From: Isurus oxyrinchus
Lineage: Eukaryota
DNA: 64,000 nucleotides
Assembly (NCBI GenBank): GCA_026770705.1
Contig: JANJGN010000038.1
Coordinates: forward strand, 13,268,001-13,332,000
Reading direction: 5' to 3'
Notes under the pieces: model-generated
What the model was told of the DNA's origin: nothing
The model's input: the letters and a program-made list of their open reading frames with translations, nothing else
Databases searched by the model: none
Part shown: positions 11,635-24,873 of the stretch, piece after piece
Numbering within the stretch: the first letter of the stretch is position 1
How the letters are laid out: every line of letters begins with the position of its first letter
Position numbers and translations under genes: made by a program

Positions 11635-14600
11635 GTAAGTGACCTTTCTTTCTATTTTGTCACTCAGATTTTGTACATAGAGGATAAGAAGAATCAATGT
11701 TCTCATTAAAACCTGTAGAAGCAGGGTTGTTATGTTCACAGCTGCTTTCCAGGACCTGATTAGATTGACTGTCGGTCAAATCAGAACGGGCTTGGAACTT
11801 TGCTATTTCAAAAATTATTTTGTTCGAGAATATAGTGAAATTGGTTTTAGGTATATAACTTATCTGTCACATAACACTTAAGATAGTTATTTAGAAAGAA
11901 GGTGATTTTTTTAATAATTAAAATGGGACCAAATTTGCAAAGTTCCATCTTACTGAACTGTTCCTTTACAAATTAGTGAGACATCATTTCTAATCCGAAA
12001 AATTAACACAATTTTGCAGTGAGGAATGATTTCTGAAAGCAAGTAATGGATCCATCCTGATATTTTATAAAGCACAGCTTATGATTTATTGCTCTCTCTA
12101 AAACGTTTATCGTTCTCTATGACAAAGAGTTACGTTAACATCGGCAGAGACCCTGAAAATATGTTGTCGATTCGCACCTGGAGATTTGTGACTTTTGATT
12201 TAAGGGCACAAGTCAGTGACCTAGAAAGTGAATCACTGGGCATGACACTGGTCTTTCCCAGTGGCGTTATAGGTGTGATTTCTGAAACCTATTTTACCAG
12301 CACCAGCTTCACCCTCCTCGATTGACTTGGACTAAAATATCATGGTTTTAATTTCTCATTAAGAAGAAACGACAGTGAAACCAGTCAAGTTCTCTAAAAG
12401 AGATTGAAATGTGGTTCTGTGAACCTCAGTGGAAAGTAGACCATATAAGGTGAAACACTGACTCCCGATTCGCTATCAGGTGGTGTTATATTACCAACTA
12501 CAACCAATTTCACCCTTGAACTGCAATTCTACAGGAATCATGTTTCCTTGGAAACCAATCTCCCAGACCCGTACTTCAGCTGATAGCGGCGCTCTGTGTG
12601 TATGATTAGGATGAACAGCAGAGAGCTTTATCAACAGCGGGTTACAATGTTCCAATTATATTCTCTTTCAAATTCTATGATGGAAATAAAGTAAGAACTC
12701 CCCCCGCCTTATTTAAAGCTTTAATTAGAATGGTGAAATATTTTCTCACACTAGGTCTGTTATACTGTTCATTGCCTTACTTTATTTGAAGAAGAAATTT
12801 GTTACTTTGGGATCTGAGGGCTGGAAATCCGTCCCTGGTGGTAGTGCAAAAACGGGCGGTTTTGGTACGGCGGCCTGTTTAAAGCAGCGTCTGATGTTAT
12901 GTTTCACTGATTGCAATGGGCTTTACATGAGGTGTTGCGTATAATAGCTGCTGAGCCGCTTCTACCCGATTTGCACCATTGGCAGAGATGAACTTTTTAG
13001 CCTATTAAGACAGAAAAGGAAGGGTGAGATGCAGACTGGAATAGGAGCATTGCTGAGGTTGAAGGGAATCGCTGCAGAGATGGAACAGTCATTAATCACA
13101 AAGTGTAACTTTCTATGAGAGCAGAAAAATAAAACACGTGGCGGTAAACTGGTATCGCTTCCATTACCTGGTGTCATACAGGTTGTTCCACGCATAGAAT
13201 TCCTTCTCTCTGCAACTGATGCTCCCCAATTTAAGCCACGTTAAAACTGTCACCTTTCACTTGAGCTGTTACAGGACCAACCGCTTAGTCTGTCCATGGA
13301 ATTTAAGCAGGCATTAATTTATTGAGATCAAAATGTTTTGAACTCTTTGTTGAATAGTGTAACGAGGAAGATCAAACGCTAAACGAAGTTCTCTGAAATT
13401 GGAAAAGGAAGTTTTGTGGCTTAATTGCCGACACTGACAAATCAGCGGGTAAAACAATGGTTTTAATATATACTTCAATAATATTCACATTCCCAACATC
13501 AGAGGGAAATCATTTTACATAGTTTTTTGAACTTCGCAAAGGATAGTGAATTTAAGACTTTCATTGACGATAATTTTGCAGCTGATTGATTTGTTCACTT
13601 CCTCATCTCCATTTCAGAACTCCTTGTTTTATTTTTGCAGACATGTATCAATTTTTACCCAGTTTCGTATACTTTCATCAACTGTAATTTGTGATCCACT
13701 TTATTTTATCCGAATTTTCCATTTTTTTCGGCCACCATAACTATCAAATCTCCTATACAAACCCTTCCCAACTTTGCCCATGTTATCTTACGGACATATC
13801 TGAAAAATGTTTGTGTAAATATTTCATTCTAACAGATTCAGTCCTACAAATAATGGTAATTTCATTCAGCTTTATGACTCCAGAAGATGACTTATCATTA
13901 TTTGCTCCACCCTTATCCTGTGTATTCCTCTACCACTGTTCAAATAATTAAACTGCATTGCTAACACTCCATGTCTCAGGCACAGGTCCAGTTCAAAGAT
14001 ATTTGGAAGTTTCTCGATAAATCATCTGCTGTTTGTCTGTTATCGATATTCTAGGCTATGTGCCATCAATTACCTCTTGCAATTTGTTTTTAGTTCATTT
14101 TTTGTCCAATTTCAACTTAACGTTCTCACACTTCAACTCCTCCACACTATCCCATTCTAACATTCAATCTCTATGAATGTTTTCAGCCGAGACATATCCC
14201 GTGTTTATCACTGTGTTTTGATTATTTATTTCATCTTCCTGAAGTAAATCTCATTCTTCATCTATTTTCGAATTGTATCTTCCCATTTGTTTTGTGCCGC
14301 TGTGTAACTAGTTTCTTATTCTTACTGGTTAGCCAAGGAACGTTTTGTGGCAACGAATGACACGACAGTAATGTAAAGTTTTCATATCTCAGTGAGAGAG
14401 CCCAAACGATCCAATGTAGAGAGATGACTTTAGGAATAAAAACCACCCTTTATTTAATGCTAATTTCTGAAAACTACTAACATTAAGACAGAACTGCATG
14501 AAACATTCTCCTAGAAAGAAATACATACAAAATTGTGAAACATTATCAATGGCATGTTAATGGACCTGACACAAGTTGATTGGAATCATGAATTGATAGT

Positions 14601-16033
14601 TAAAACCAAAAACGTACAATGGGAGATCTTTAAAGAGGAAATGGCTCGGGTACAGGTTAGACACATTTCCATGAAACGAAAGGGAATAACATCAACCTTG
14701 AATTCCATGAATGACTAAACGTAGAAATTAGCATAATGCAGAATCGCAAGGCTTATGGGAAATGTCTGTTTCATAAGGAAAGAAGCAATTTCAGCAACTA
14801 AAGTAAAGGGTGAACGAGAAAAAACGGAATAATAGTGGCGACGCATGTGACTATATTTGCTTTTAAAATAAAAGGCAAACTCAAAGTGCTTTATAACTTT
14901 TTTCTATGAGCATCTAAGCAGTAGGATGGTCAAAGGAGGGGTGTGGATAATAGGGGCCAAAACCTATGTTGTTGTGGCGGTAGAGTGCAGAGGCAAAAAT
15001 AAATAGTTTACATGTGCCTTCACTGAAAAAAAAGCTTACTTCTGCCAATGTCAGAGCAAGCTAGGGGGCACTAGGGAAACTGAAGAGCTTTAATATATTA
15101 AAAAATGTTATTTACAATGTTGGCAGTGCTTAAAGAAGAAAACAATCACTTCAACAGATGGAATACTGATAGAAGCAATTGAGGAAGCAGTTAAAACTAT
15201 CACCACAAACTTCCAAACCTCCTTAGATATGAGATTGGTCCCGGAAAGCTGGGTGTTCCAAAATGTTGTATCCGGGCCCACAAAGTGAAGAACGTGAGAA
15301 ATACAATCAGTCAGCCCAGCATTAGAAATGGGGAAAAGTGTATAGAAAATAATGTGGACAAAATTAATTGGTACTTTCAACTATAGGTCAATAGTAACCA
15401 TCAAACGGAGTTTGTTATAGGAAAATCATGTTTCACTATCTTAGCTCAGTTTTTGATGCTGTAACAGAGACGGTTGTTGAGCTCGGTGCAGGTGAAGCTG
15501 TGTATATGGGCATCCAAAAATTGTTTGCTTAAGCACCAAAATTAAAGGCCACGGAGTTAAAATGGAGGTGACAGGCTGAATACAAGATTTGGGAAGGGAT
15601 AGAATAATGGTTCAGAATTATTGTTACTGATAGGAAGCAAGTGCCTGGTGTCATCCCGGGGTGATATGAGGACTATTGTTCTTTTTGGTACATATTATTG
15701 ACCTGGACTCAGGGATACGGGGAAGAATTTCAAAGGTTGCAGATGACATGCAACTTGTAAATATAATAAAGAGCAGCGGGAATGTAGTCTGACTGGTCAA
15801 CTGGGTTGATGCATGGCAGGTTCTGTTTAATGCAGGGAAGTGTTGCGGTATACGTTTTTGATGGATGAATGAGAAAATGTAACATAAACTAAATAAGCAG
15901 TTCTTATTCAGTGGAGAAGGGGATTGGAACCGAGTGACCTGGGGCCACATGCACATTGATCTTTCAAGGTGGCAGACATTTGCAGTTGTTTCTTAAAGCA
16001 TAAAGTAATAAGGTTATGCTAAACTTAAAATAA

Positions 16034-19000
16034 TGTCATGAAGAAATATTAATCTGTATAATGTAATTGTTTTTTCAATAGGGGTTTAATCAGTGTGTGT
16101 TAATTGGACTAAAGCCAGCTTGCCTGTCTGTTTTAATGTATAGCAGTTTTGAGATGTGAAGAATATGCTAGGGTGTATTTGCATTTTGTTGAATGAAGCA
16201 TTCGAGAAGCGGAGTGAAAACTTGCACTGAGCCAAGAGACACAAAGCAATGTTGATATTACTAACAAAATTGGCTTTCTGAAAGGTGTTCAAAAGACCCG
16301 GTGCTAGAATGAATAATTGCATTCAAAGGGGAAGGCTCGGTATATGCATAAGAGTTCTGTGGGTTGAAGCCAGAGACATGTAAGGTCAACGGCTAAAACA
16401 AAAAATTTAAAAAACACCTGTAAAAACTCAGCAAGTCTGGGAGGATTGGCGGAGAAGAGTACAGTTGACGTTGCGAGTCCTCATGACCCTTCAACAGAAC
16501 TAAGTAAAAATAGGAGAGGGGTGAAATATAAGCCAGTTTAAGGGGGAATGGGGAAGGTCGGGGGGGGGGGCGGTGGTTGTTGGGACAAGCAGTCAGTGTT
16601 AGGATGAGATAAACAAAAGATAACAGACAAAAGAACATAGAGGTGTTGAAGGTGGTGATATTATCTAAAAGAATGCGCTAATTAAGAGGACAAGTGAGGG
16701 ATAGCTCCAGTGGGGGTAGGGTGAAATAAGACTAAAAGGGCATAAAATGTATAGATTTAAAAATAATAGAAATAGGTCTGGGGAAAGATCCATATAAATT
16801 ATTGGAAAAAACAAAAAGGAGAGGGAATAAATGGAAAGGGGGTGGGGATGGAGGAAGGAGTTCAGGATCTAAAATTGTTGAAGTCAATATTAACTCCAGA
16901 AGGCTGTTAGGTGCCTAGTCGGAAGATGAGGTGCTGTTCCTCCAGTTTGCGTTGGGCTTCACTGGAACAATGCAGCAAGCCAAGGACAGACATGTGGGCA
17001 AGAGAGCAGGGTGGAGTGTTAAAATGACAAGTGACAGGGAGGTCTGAGTGATGCTTGCAGACAGACCAAAGGTGTTCTGCAAAGCGGTCGCCCAGTTTGC
17101 ATTTGGTCTCTCCAATGTAGAGGAAATCGCATTGGGAGCAACGAATGCAATGGACTAAGTTGAAGGAGATGCAAGTGAAATGCTGCTTCACTTGAAAGGA
17201 GTGTTTGGGCCCTTGGACGTTGAGGAGAGAGGAAGTGTAGGAGCAGGTGTTGCATATCTTGCGTTCGCAAGGGGAGGTGCCTTAGGAGGGGGTTGAGGAG
17301 TAGGGGGTGATGGAGGAGTGGACCAGGGTGTCCCGGAGGGAGTGATTCCTATGGAATGCTGCCAGGAGGGGTGAAGGGAAGATGTGTTTGGTGGTGGCAT
17401 CATGCTGGAGTTGGTGGAAATGGTGGAGGCTGAACCTTTGAATGCAGAGGCTGGTGGGGTCATACGTGAGGACAATGGGGACCCTATCATGTTTCTGGGA
17501 GGGAGGAGAAGGCATGAGGGCAGATGTGCAGGAGATGGACTGGACATGGGTTGAGGGCCCTGTCAACTACCGTGGGTGGAAATTCTCGGTTAAGGAAGAA
17601 GGAGGACCTGTCAGAGGAACTGTTTTTGAAGGTAGCATCATCAGAGCAGATGTGATGGAGGCGAAGGAACTGAGAGAATGGGATGGAGTCCTTACAGGAA
17701 CTGGGGTGTGAGGAGCTGCAGTCGAGGTAGCTGTGGGAGTTGGTAGGCTTGTAATGGATATTGGTGGACAGTATATCACCAGAAATTGAGACAGAGATGT
17801 CAAGGAAGGGAAGGGAAGTGTCAGACATGGACCATGTGAAAATGATGGAGGGGAGGAGATTGGACGCAAAATTAATAAATTTTTCCAGGTCCCAATGAGA
17901 GCATGAAGCAGCACCAAATTAATAATCGATGTACTGGAGAAAGAGTTGTGGGAGGGGGCCAGAGTAGGACTGGAACAAGGACTGTTCCATAAAGAGACAG
18001 GCATAGCTGGGGCCCATGCGCGTACCCATGGCCACACCTTTTATTTGGAGAAAGTGGGAGGAGTTAATGGAGAAATTGTTCAGTGTGAGAACAAGTTCAG
18101 CCAGACAGAGAAGAGTAATGGTGGATGGGGATTGTTCGGGCCTTTGTTCGAGGAAGAAGCTAAGGGCCCTCAGACCATCTCGGTGGGGGAAGGAGGTGTA
18201 GAGGAATTGGACATCCATGGTGAAGAGGAGGCAGTTGGAGCCAGGGAACTGGAAATTGTTGAAGTGACATAAGGTGGGAAGGGCCTGAAACGGGGAGAGA
18301 GAAGGGAGTCAAGATAGCGAGAAATGAGTTCTGTGCGGTAGGAACAGGATGAAATTATCGGTCTGTCAGGACAGTCCTGTTTGTGGATTTTGTGTAGGAG
18401 GTAGAAGTGGGCCGTCCAAGGTTGGGCAACTATCAGGTTGGAAGCTGTGGAAGGAAGACCTCCAGAGGAGATAAGGTCAGTGATAGTCCTGGAAACAATG
18501 ACTTGATGTTCAGTCGTGGGGTCATGGTCCAGGGAGAAGTAGGAGGAAGTGTCAGCGAGTTGATGCTCAACCTTTGAGAGGTAGAGGTCAGTGATCCAGA
18601 CAACAACAGCACCACCCTTGTCAGCGGATTTGATGACAATATTAGGATTGGACCTGAGAGAACGGAGTGCATTAAATTTGGAGATAGACACGTTAGAATG
18701 GGTGAGAGGAGCAGAGAAATTGAGACGACTAATTTCACGCCGACAGTTCTCAATGAAAAGATCAAGAGAAGGTAAGAGTCCAGAGGGAGGGGTCCTGGTG
18801 GAGGGAGAATATTGGAGGTGGGTGAAAGGATCTGTTGAACGGGGAGAGGACTCCTGCCCAAAGAAGTGAGCATGGAGACGAAGGCAGCGGAAGAAGAGTT
18901 CAGCATCGTGCCGAGCCCGAAATTCATTAAGGTGAGGGCGTAGGAGTATGAAACTAAGTCCTTTGCTGAGCACTGAACGTGCAGTGTCAGAGAGGGGAAG

Positions 19001-20961
19001 GTCAGGGGGTATAGTGAATACCCGGCTGGGGCTGGGATTGGATGATCGGGTGGGGACAGAGGGACAGGCAGGGGTGGAGGGTCCTGGATGGGTGTTGGTG
19101 TCAATGAGTTGTTGGATCTTACGTTCCTTAGCATTTGAGAGAAAGAGGAAAAGTTTCTTGTTGAGGTGTCAGATGAGCCGAAGGATAAGATGAAACTGGG
19201 GGCACGTGCAGCTTTGGAAATGGGTGTGGCAGTGCTGCTGGAGGGAGAGATCGAGTGTGTTCTTATGGCGGCACATGGCACTGAGTGTGGATCTCAGAAT
19301 GCGACGGGATCAGCAATCCAAGGAACGTTGCATGTCCCAGAGATACCTGTAATCCTGTGTGGGTTCGAAACATGAGGGATGAATTTTCAGTTAAAATCCA
19401 CTTGGGGTACGTTGGAGATGGAGACAGAAACAGAGAAAGGAAATATGGCTGTGAAAGCGGGTTTTAGTAACCATCTTGTCAAACACGAGGAGAGAAATAG
19501 AAAGCAATGAAGGTGAACAAGGCAAAAGAGAGATTTGAAAATCCTGACGGAGAGTAGCACAAAACTTTCAAGGTAGGCATTTCTTGTTGAGAAGTGGCAG
19601 TCAATTAAACACAGAGACAAAAACAAAAAACTGCAGATGCTGGAAATCCAAAACAAAAAATAAAAAATACCTGGAAAACCTCAGCAGGTCTGGCAGCATC
19701 AGCGGAGAAGATGACAGTTGATGTTTCGAGTCATCATGACTCTTCAACAAAACTAAGTAAAAATAGGAGACGGGTGAAATATAGGCTGGTTTAAGAGGGG
19801 GAGCAGGTGGGGGGGTGGTTGTTGGGACAAGCAGCCAGTGATAGGAGATAACCAAAAAATGTCACACACAAAAGAACAAAGCGGTGTTGAAAGTGGTGAT
19901 ATTATCTAAAAGAATGTGCTAATTAAGAGGACAAGCAAGGCACAGATAGCTCTAGTGGGGGTGGGGTGAAATAAGTTAAAAGGGCATAAAAAGTATAGAT
20001 TTAAAAATAATGTAAATAGATGGGGAAAAATCTATATAAATTATTGGAACAAGCAAAAAGGAGGGGGAAGAAACGGAAAGGGGGTGGGGATGGAGGAGGG
20101 AGTTCAGGATCTAAAGTTGTTGAACTCAATATTCAGACCGGAAGGCTGTAAGGTGCCTAGTCGGAAGATGAGGTGCTGTTCCTCCAGTTTGCGTTGAGCT
20201 TCACTGGAACAATGCAGCAGGCCAAGGACAGGCATGAGGGCACAAGAGCAGGATGAAGTGTTAAAATGGCAAGCGACATGGAGGTCTAGGTGATGCTTGT
20301 GGACAGACCAAAGGTGTTCTGCAAAGTGGTCACCCAGTCTGCGTTTGGTCTCTCCAATGTAGAGGAAACCGCATTGGGAGCAACAAATGCAATAGACTAA
20401 GTTGAAGGAAGTGCAAGTGAAATGCTGCTTCATTTGAAAGGCATATTTCGGCCCTTGGACGGTGAGGAGAGAGGAAGTGATGGGACAGGTTTTGTATATC
20501 TTGCGTCATTTTATTAATTTTTTAAATTTTTTATTTTTTGTTTTGGATTTCCAGCATCTGCAGTTTTTTTGTTTTTATTTTTAAGTTCAAAGACTGTAAG
20601 CCTACAACTGCCTGCAAAGGAACCAACTTCAAAGGAAATTCATCTTGAATGCATAAAGTGAATTTGCTTTGCCTCGTGTCTGGTTAAGTCTATTGGCTAT
20701 TTTTGCCTTATTGGAGATTAATTTGGAAATTTGCTATAAGTTATGATAGTAATTTGTAGAAATGTTTATGTGTGTAATGCCTTCTTGTCAATTAATAAAT
20801 TTATCATTTAGTTTGATGTAAAAACCACTGAAGGGTTGGGTGGTTCATTTCTGTATTCAGAGTTGCATATCAAACGTACCAATTGAAAATATTGGTAATG
20901 ACAGTTGTTTAATGTTCTGGGATTTTAAAGATCAGCCTTTATCAACCGCTGTGTCCTAACA
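16034..20961. mobile_element. Probable solo LTR split by the Penelope-like insertion (16034-16394 + 20582-20961)
   Basis: TGTCATGA...TCCTAACA termini, internal AATAAA near 20794, flanks ATAA/GTAA; CR1 sequence resumes on either side. Confidence 0.55.
16395..20581 (-). mobile_element. Penelope-like retroelement (RT + GIY-YIG), near full length, decayed, with tandem and inverted pseudo-LTR segments
   Basis: Minus-strand fragments: IKSADKGGAVVVW, GVAMGTRMGPSYACLFM...YID, LPFLDI...YKPT (PLE RT); LVYCI.CSQC..LYIGETKRRLGDHFAEH (GIY-YIG) present twice (16907-17191, 20104-20433); ~860-bp direct repeats; short inverted copy at about 20530-20580. Confidence 0.9.
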
Positions 20962-21359
20962 GTAAAAATAGTGCGAAGAAACCAGTTGGAATAATGTGCC
21001 TAATTATGTGAACTGCAGTAAGAGATGATGTTAAACTCTTAGAAAGGGCATAGTGGAAATGAGCTATAATAGTACATGTGACACGGGATTTAAATTATGA
21101 AGCCACTTAGATGAACTTAGATTGTTATCATTAGCCGATGTGAACAAACAGATTTGGGGTGAGCTGATGGACAACTTCATCATACTCCGACATTTGATAT
21201 CAGGAATGATTTGAGTGTGGCCTCAATTCTATTTTGTTCTCTACCACTGTAACCTATAAATCCGATTATGTCAGAAAATTATGTTTGAAAATATTTCCAC
21301 ATAAAGGTACAAAACCATATTGCTCTATGAACATGAAAGGTAAAACAGGTTATCGATAG

Positions 21360-22410
21360 CAGTTAACAAACACAACTTGGACTTACATTATCTTCAGCGC
21401 AATGAAACGTCCAAATGTACTTCAGAGGAGTCTTAAGAGCCAAACTGATAAGACATGTAAGGCGATAATTAGGAGAATGGCCAAAAGTTTTGTTAAAACA
21501 AAACCAGTGGATAAATGTTGAAGTTTAAGGGGGTTGTTGGGGGGGAGTGGGTGGTGTTCCAAGCTTAGGTCCTCATCAGTTGAAGGCACGGCCACAGGCG
21601 TGGATGAGGGGTGGGTGGGGGGGGGGGGGCGGTTGTTGGTGGGGGGGGGGGGGGTGGCGGGCAGTGGTGTGGGGATGCAATTAAAATCGGAGAAGATTTA
21701 TTTGGCAGGCACACATTTTTGGAAAGATTTGTTGATGGATGAGTTTACAGGGTGTGGCATGTACTAGACCATGAGTGGATGGGAATTTAAAAATCAATGC
21801 TTTGCTTGACTGGGACACAATATTGTTCAGCAATCACATGGTGATTGGTGAATGGTACTTAGCACAATGAATAAACCGGCAGCGGTTTTGGATGACCTAA
21901 AGTTCACTGAGGATAGAATATGGGTTATTGCTACAAGAGCATTGGAATAGCCAAATCTAGAGGGAATGAAAGTATGAATAAGGCTGCAGCGTAGAATGTG
22001 GCAAAGTGTGAGCGGAGAGGGGAGATCTTCCTGAAATTTAAATAGACTGAGCAATGGAGCAAATATATGGTGAGAAACTGGTCTTGCGGTCAAATAATTA
22101 CACAAAAGTAGCATAGTCTGATGCAGCCTCAGCCATTGACAGGCAGACGGGTGTAACCAGCATCAAGGGAATGGAATGTGCAGCTGGTTCTGAAGATCAC
22201 AACTTCCACATTCCCGATATTTTGTTGGAGGAAATTATTATTAATCTAGCACTGAATGTTGGGCAAACCGTCTGACAATTTCATGACATTGGAGAATTCG
22301 ATTGAGTTGGTGGTGGGGTAGAATTCAGCATCATCATCATATAGGTGAAAATTAATGGTGTGGTTTCAGATAACATCGCCGATGGGTAGGGTTTAAAAGG
22401 GAAATGGTAG
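21360..22410 (-). mobile_element. L2-type LINE fragment (antisense) with embedded poly-G tracts
   Basis: Minus-strand LIHTFIPSRFGYSNAL (L2-like 'SRLDY.N.L'); catcatcatcatata reads as a YxDD-like motif near 22335. Confidence 0.6.
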
Positions 22411-22729
22411 AGAAAGAATCAACGTACGTTCAATATTTGACAATCACTACTATCAGGGCAAAAGTGAAGAAGTATTGGACATACGGCACTGACAACAATT
22501 CAGTCATAAATTAACAATTGCTGACAATCAGGGTTTGTCGCAGGTCAACCCACAATGCTCAATACACACGTTCAGACTCTTAAATTTCTATGCGCTATAA
22601 GATTGGCCTTATCGTAAAACCCCTAAATCGGGCCCGACAAAATTTGCTCTCTATGTAAGCTTGATGCTTGTGCATCCTCCACGGCAATGCCTTTACCAAT
22701 CGGCATTTTCCAACCAATCAGTAATCTCT

Positions 22730-23250
22730 TATGAACAAAACAACTAGGAGCAGGAGCAGGCTACTTGGCTCCTCAAGCCATTCAATAAAATCATGGCTGA
22801 TCTGCCCCAGGCCTCAACTCCTCTTTCGTGCCGGCTCCTCATAGCCCTCAACTTCCCGATATTGCAAAAATCGATCCATCTCCTCATTAAGCACTTTCAC
22901 TGACCTCGCCTCCACAATACTCTGGGAAAGAGAATTCCAGACATTCACTACCCTCTGAGAGAATAAATTCCTTTGCATCTCAGTTTTAAATGATTCTCCC
23001 TTTATTCTCTAAACATGTTCCGTAGATTGAGATTCCTCCAGTGGTGGAAATACCTTCTCAACACCTACCCTACGAAGCCCCCTCAGGATTTTGTGCGTTT
23101 CAATAAGATAACCATCACTCTTCTAAACTCTAATTGTCAAAGGCTTAAACTGTTTAGCCATTCGTGATAAGTCCATCCCTTCAACCCCTGAATCAGCCCA
23201 ATGAATATCTTTCGAACTGCCTTCAATGCTAGTACTTCCTTTCTTAAATC
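22730..23250 (-). mobile_element. CR1-type LINE 3' fragment (antisense)
   Basis: Reverse complement resembles the CR1 3' ends at 27530-28055 and 5450-5880. Confidence 0.7.
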
Positions 23251-24355
23251 TGTTGAATGAATACTTGTCATCTGTCTTCAGCCAAGGGAATGAGGATGAG
23301 GATATCGAACTCTGGCAGAGAGATTGCGAGGTTCTTAAGCAAATTGACTTAAGGTTTGAGTTTTTGGCAGGCTTAAAAGTGGACAAATCTCGAGGTCCAG
23401 ATAATTTATGTTCCAGACTGCTGTGGGAACCAAGGGAAGTGATCGCAGGGGCTCTGACCTAAATCTATAATTCCTCTATGGCCACGGGGGAGACTTGGGC
23501 AGAGAAATGGCAAACGGAGTTTACTCTGGACAAATGCAAGGTAATGCATTTTGGAATGTCTCATACAGGTAGGAATTATACAGTAAACGGCAGAACCTTA
23601 GAGTGCATCGACGGGCAGAGGGATCTGGGCATACAGATCCACAGGTCACTAAAAGTGGCAACGCAGGTGGATAAGGTAGTCAGGAAGGCATATGGCATGC
23701 TTGCCTTCATCGGCAGGGGTATTGAGAATAAAAGCCTGGAAGTCATACTGCAGCTGTATAGAACCTTGGTTGGGCCACACTTGGAATATCACGTGCAATT
23801 CTGGTCACCACATTACCAGAAGGATATGGAGGCGTTGGGGATGTTGCAGTGGAGGTTTGGCCGGATGCTGCCTGGTCTGGAGGTTATTAGCTATAGGCAG
23901 AGGTTAGAGAAACTAGGATTGTTCTCATGACAGCGACGGAGATTGAGGGGCGACCTGACAGAAGTTTACAAAATTATGAGTGACATAGACAGAGTAGATA
24001 GTAAGAAGCTTTTCCCCAGGTAGGAGAATCAATTGCTAGGGGACATAGACATAAGGTGAGAGGAGGAAACTTTAGAGGATTAAAGCAAACATTTTAGAGG
24101 AGTTGTGTGGGGTAAGTTTTTTACTCAGAGGGTAGTGAGTGTCTGGAATTCGCTGCCAGAGGAGGTGGTGGAAGCATGTACGATAGTGTTGTTTAAGAGG
24201 CAGCTTCACAAATACATGAATAGAATGGGAATAGAGTGATCAGACCCCGGGAGTGCCAAATGTTTAGTTTGACAGGCAGTATGAGTGGTGCAGGCTTGGA
24301 GGGCCGAAGGGCCTGTTCCTAGTGCTGTAGGTTTCTTTGTTTTTTGTACTTTGTT
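23250..24355 (+). mobile_element. CR1-type LINE fragment with internal deletion
   Basis: LKVDKSRGPD joined to WAEKWQTEF..KCKVMHFG...LYRTLVGPHLEY; 3' end close to 31980-32450. Confidence 0.85.
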
Positions 24356-24837
24356 ATATAGCACCCAGATCCATCTGTGCTGCACGTTTTTGGAGCCTCT
24401 CTCAATTTAAAAAATAGTCTGACTTTTGCTTCTTCCTACCATAGTGCATAACCTCACAATTTCCTGCAGTAAGCTCCATCTGCAAGTTTTTTTTCCCACT
24501 TACTCAACACATCTATATCCCTTTGTCGATTCCTTATCGCTTCATCACAGTATGTCCTCCCACCTATTTTGTATTGTAAGCAAATTTGGATATATCATAC
24601 CCTACACCGACTCCAAGCAATTAATATTTATAGAAAATAATTGAGGCCCTAGGACTGAACTTTGTGGTTTCCCAACCTGAAAATAAATTATTACCGATTT
24701 TCTGTCTTCCCTGTGAAAGTCAATCCTTAATCCATGCTAATACATTACCCCCAATACCTGATCTCCCATCTTGTGCACCTGTTTTGTCATATAGTATTAA
24801 TATGTCGTTTATCCTGATATTAGTACTTTCTTGCGAA

Positions 24838-24873
24838 CTATCTTGATGAGTGCAAGACGAAAAGCTTCGACCA
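24838..24873 (+). ncRNA. Degenerate minimal hammerhead ribozyme motif (retroelement-derived)
   Basis: tatc-TTGATGA-gt.gcaag.ac-GAAA-agct-TC-gac; core CUGANGA has C>U; palindromic AAGCTT stem III. Confidence 0.5.

Larger units (their letters stand above)
14450..21190 (+). mobile_element. Old CR1-type LINE ORF2 remnant, interrupted at 16034-20961
   Basis: Decayed RT-like sequence (e.g. aatttcaaaggttgcagatgac, FADD-like region near 15730) that continues after the nested insertions. Confidence 0.6.

Noticed and set aside
17442-19467. Plus-strand ORFs within the Penelope element
   Set aside because: Antisense to the RT/GIY-YIG frame; a compositional artefact.
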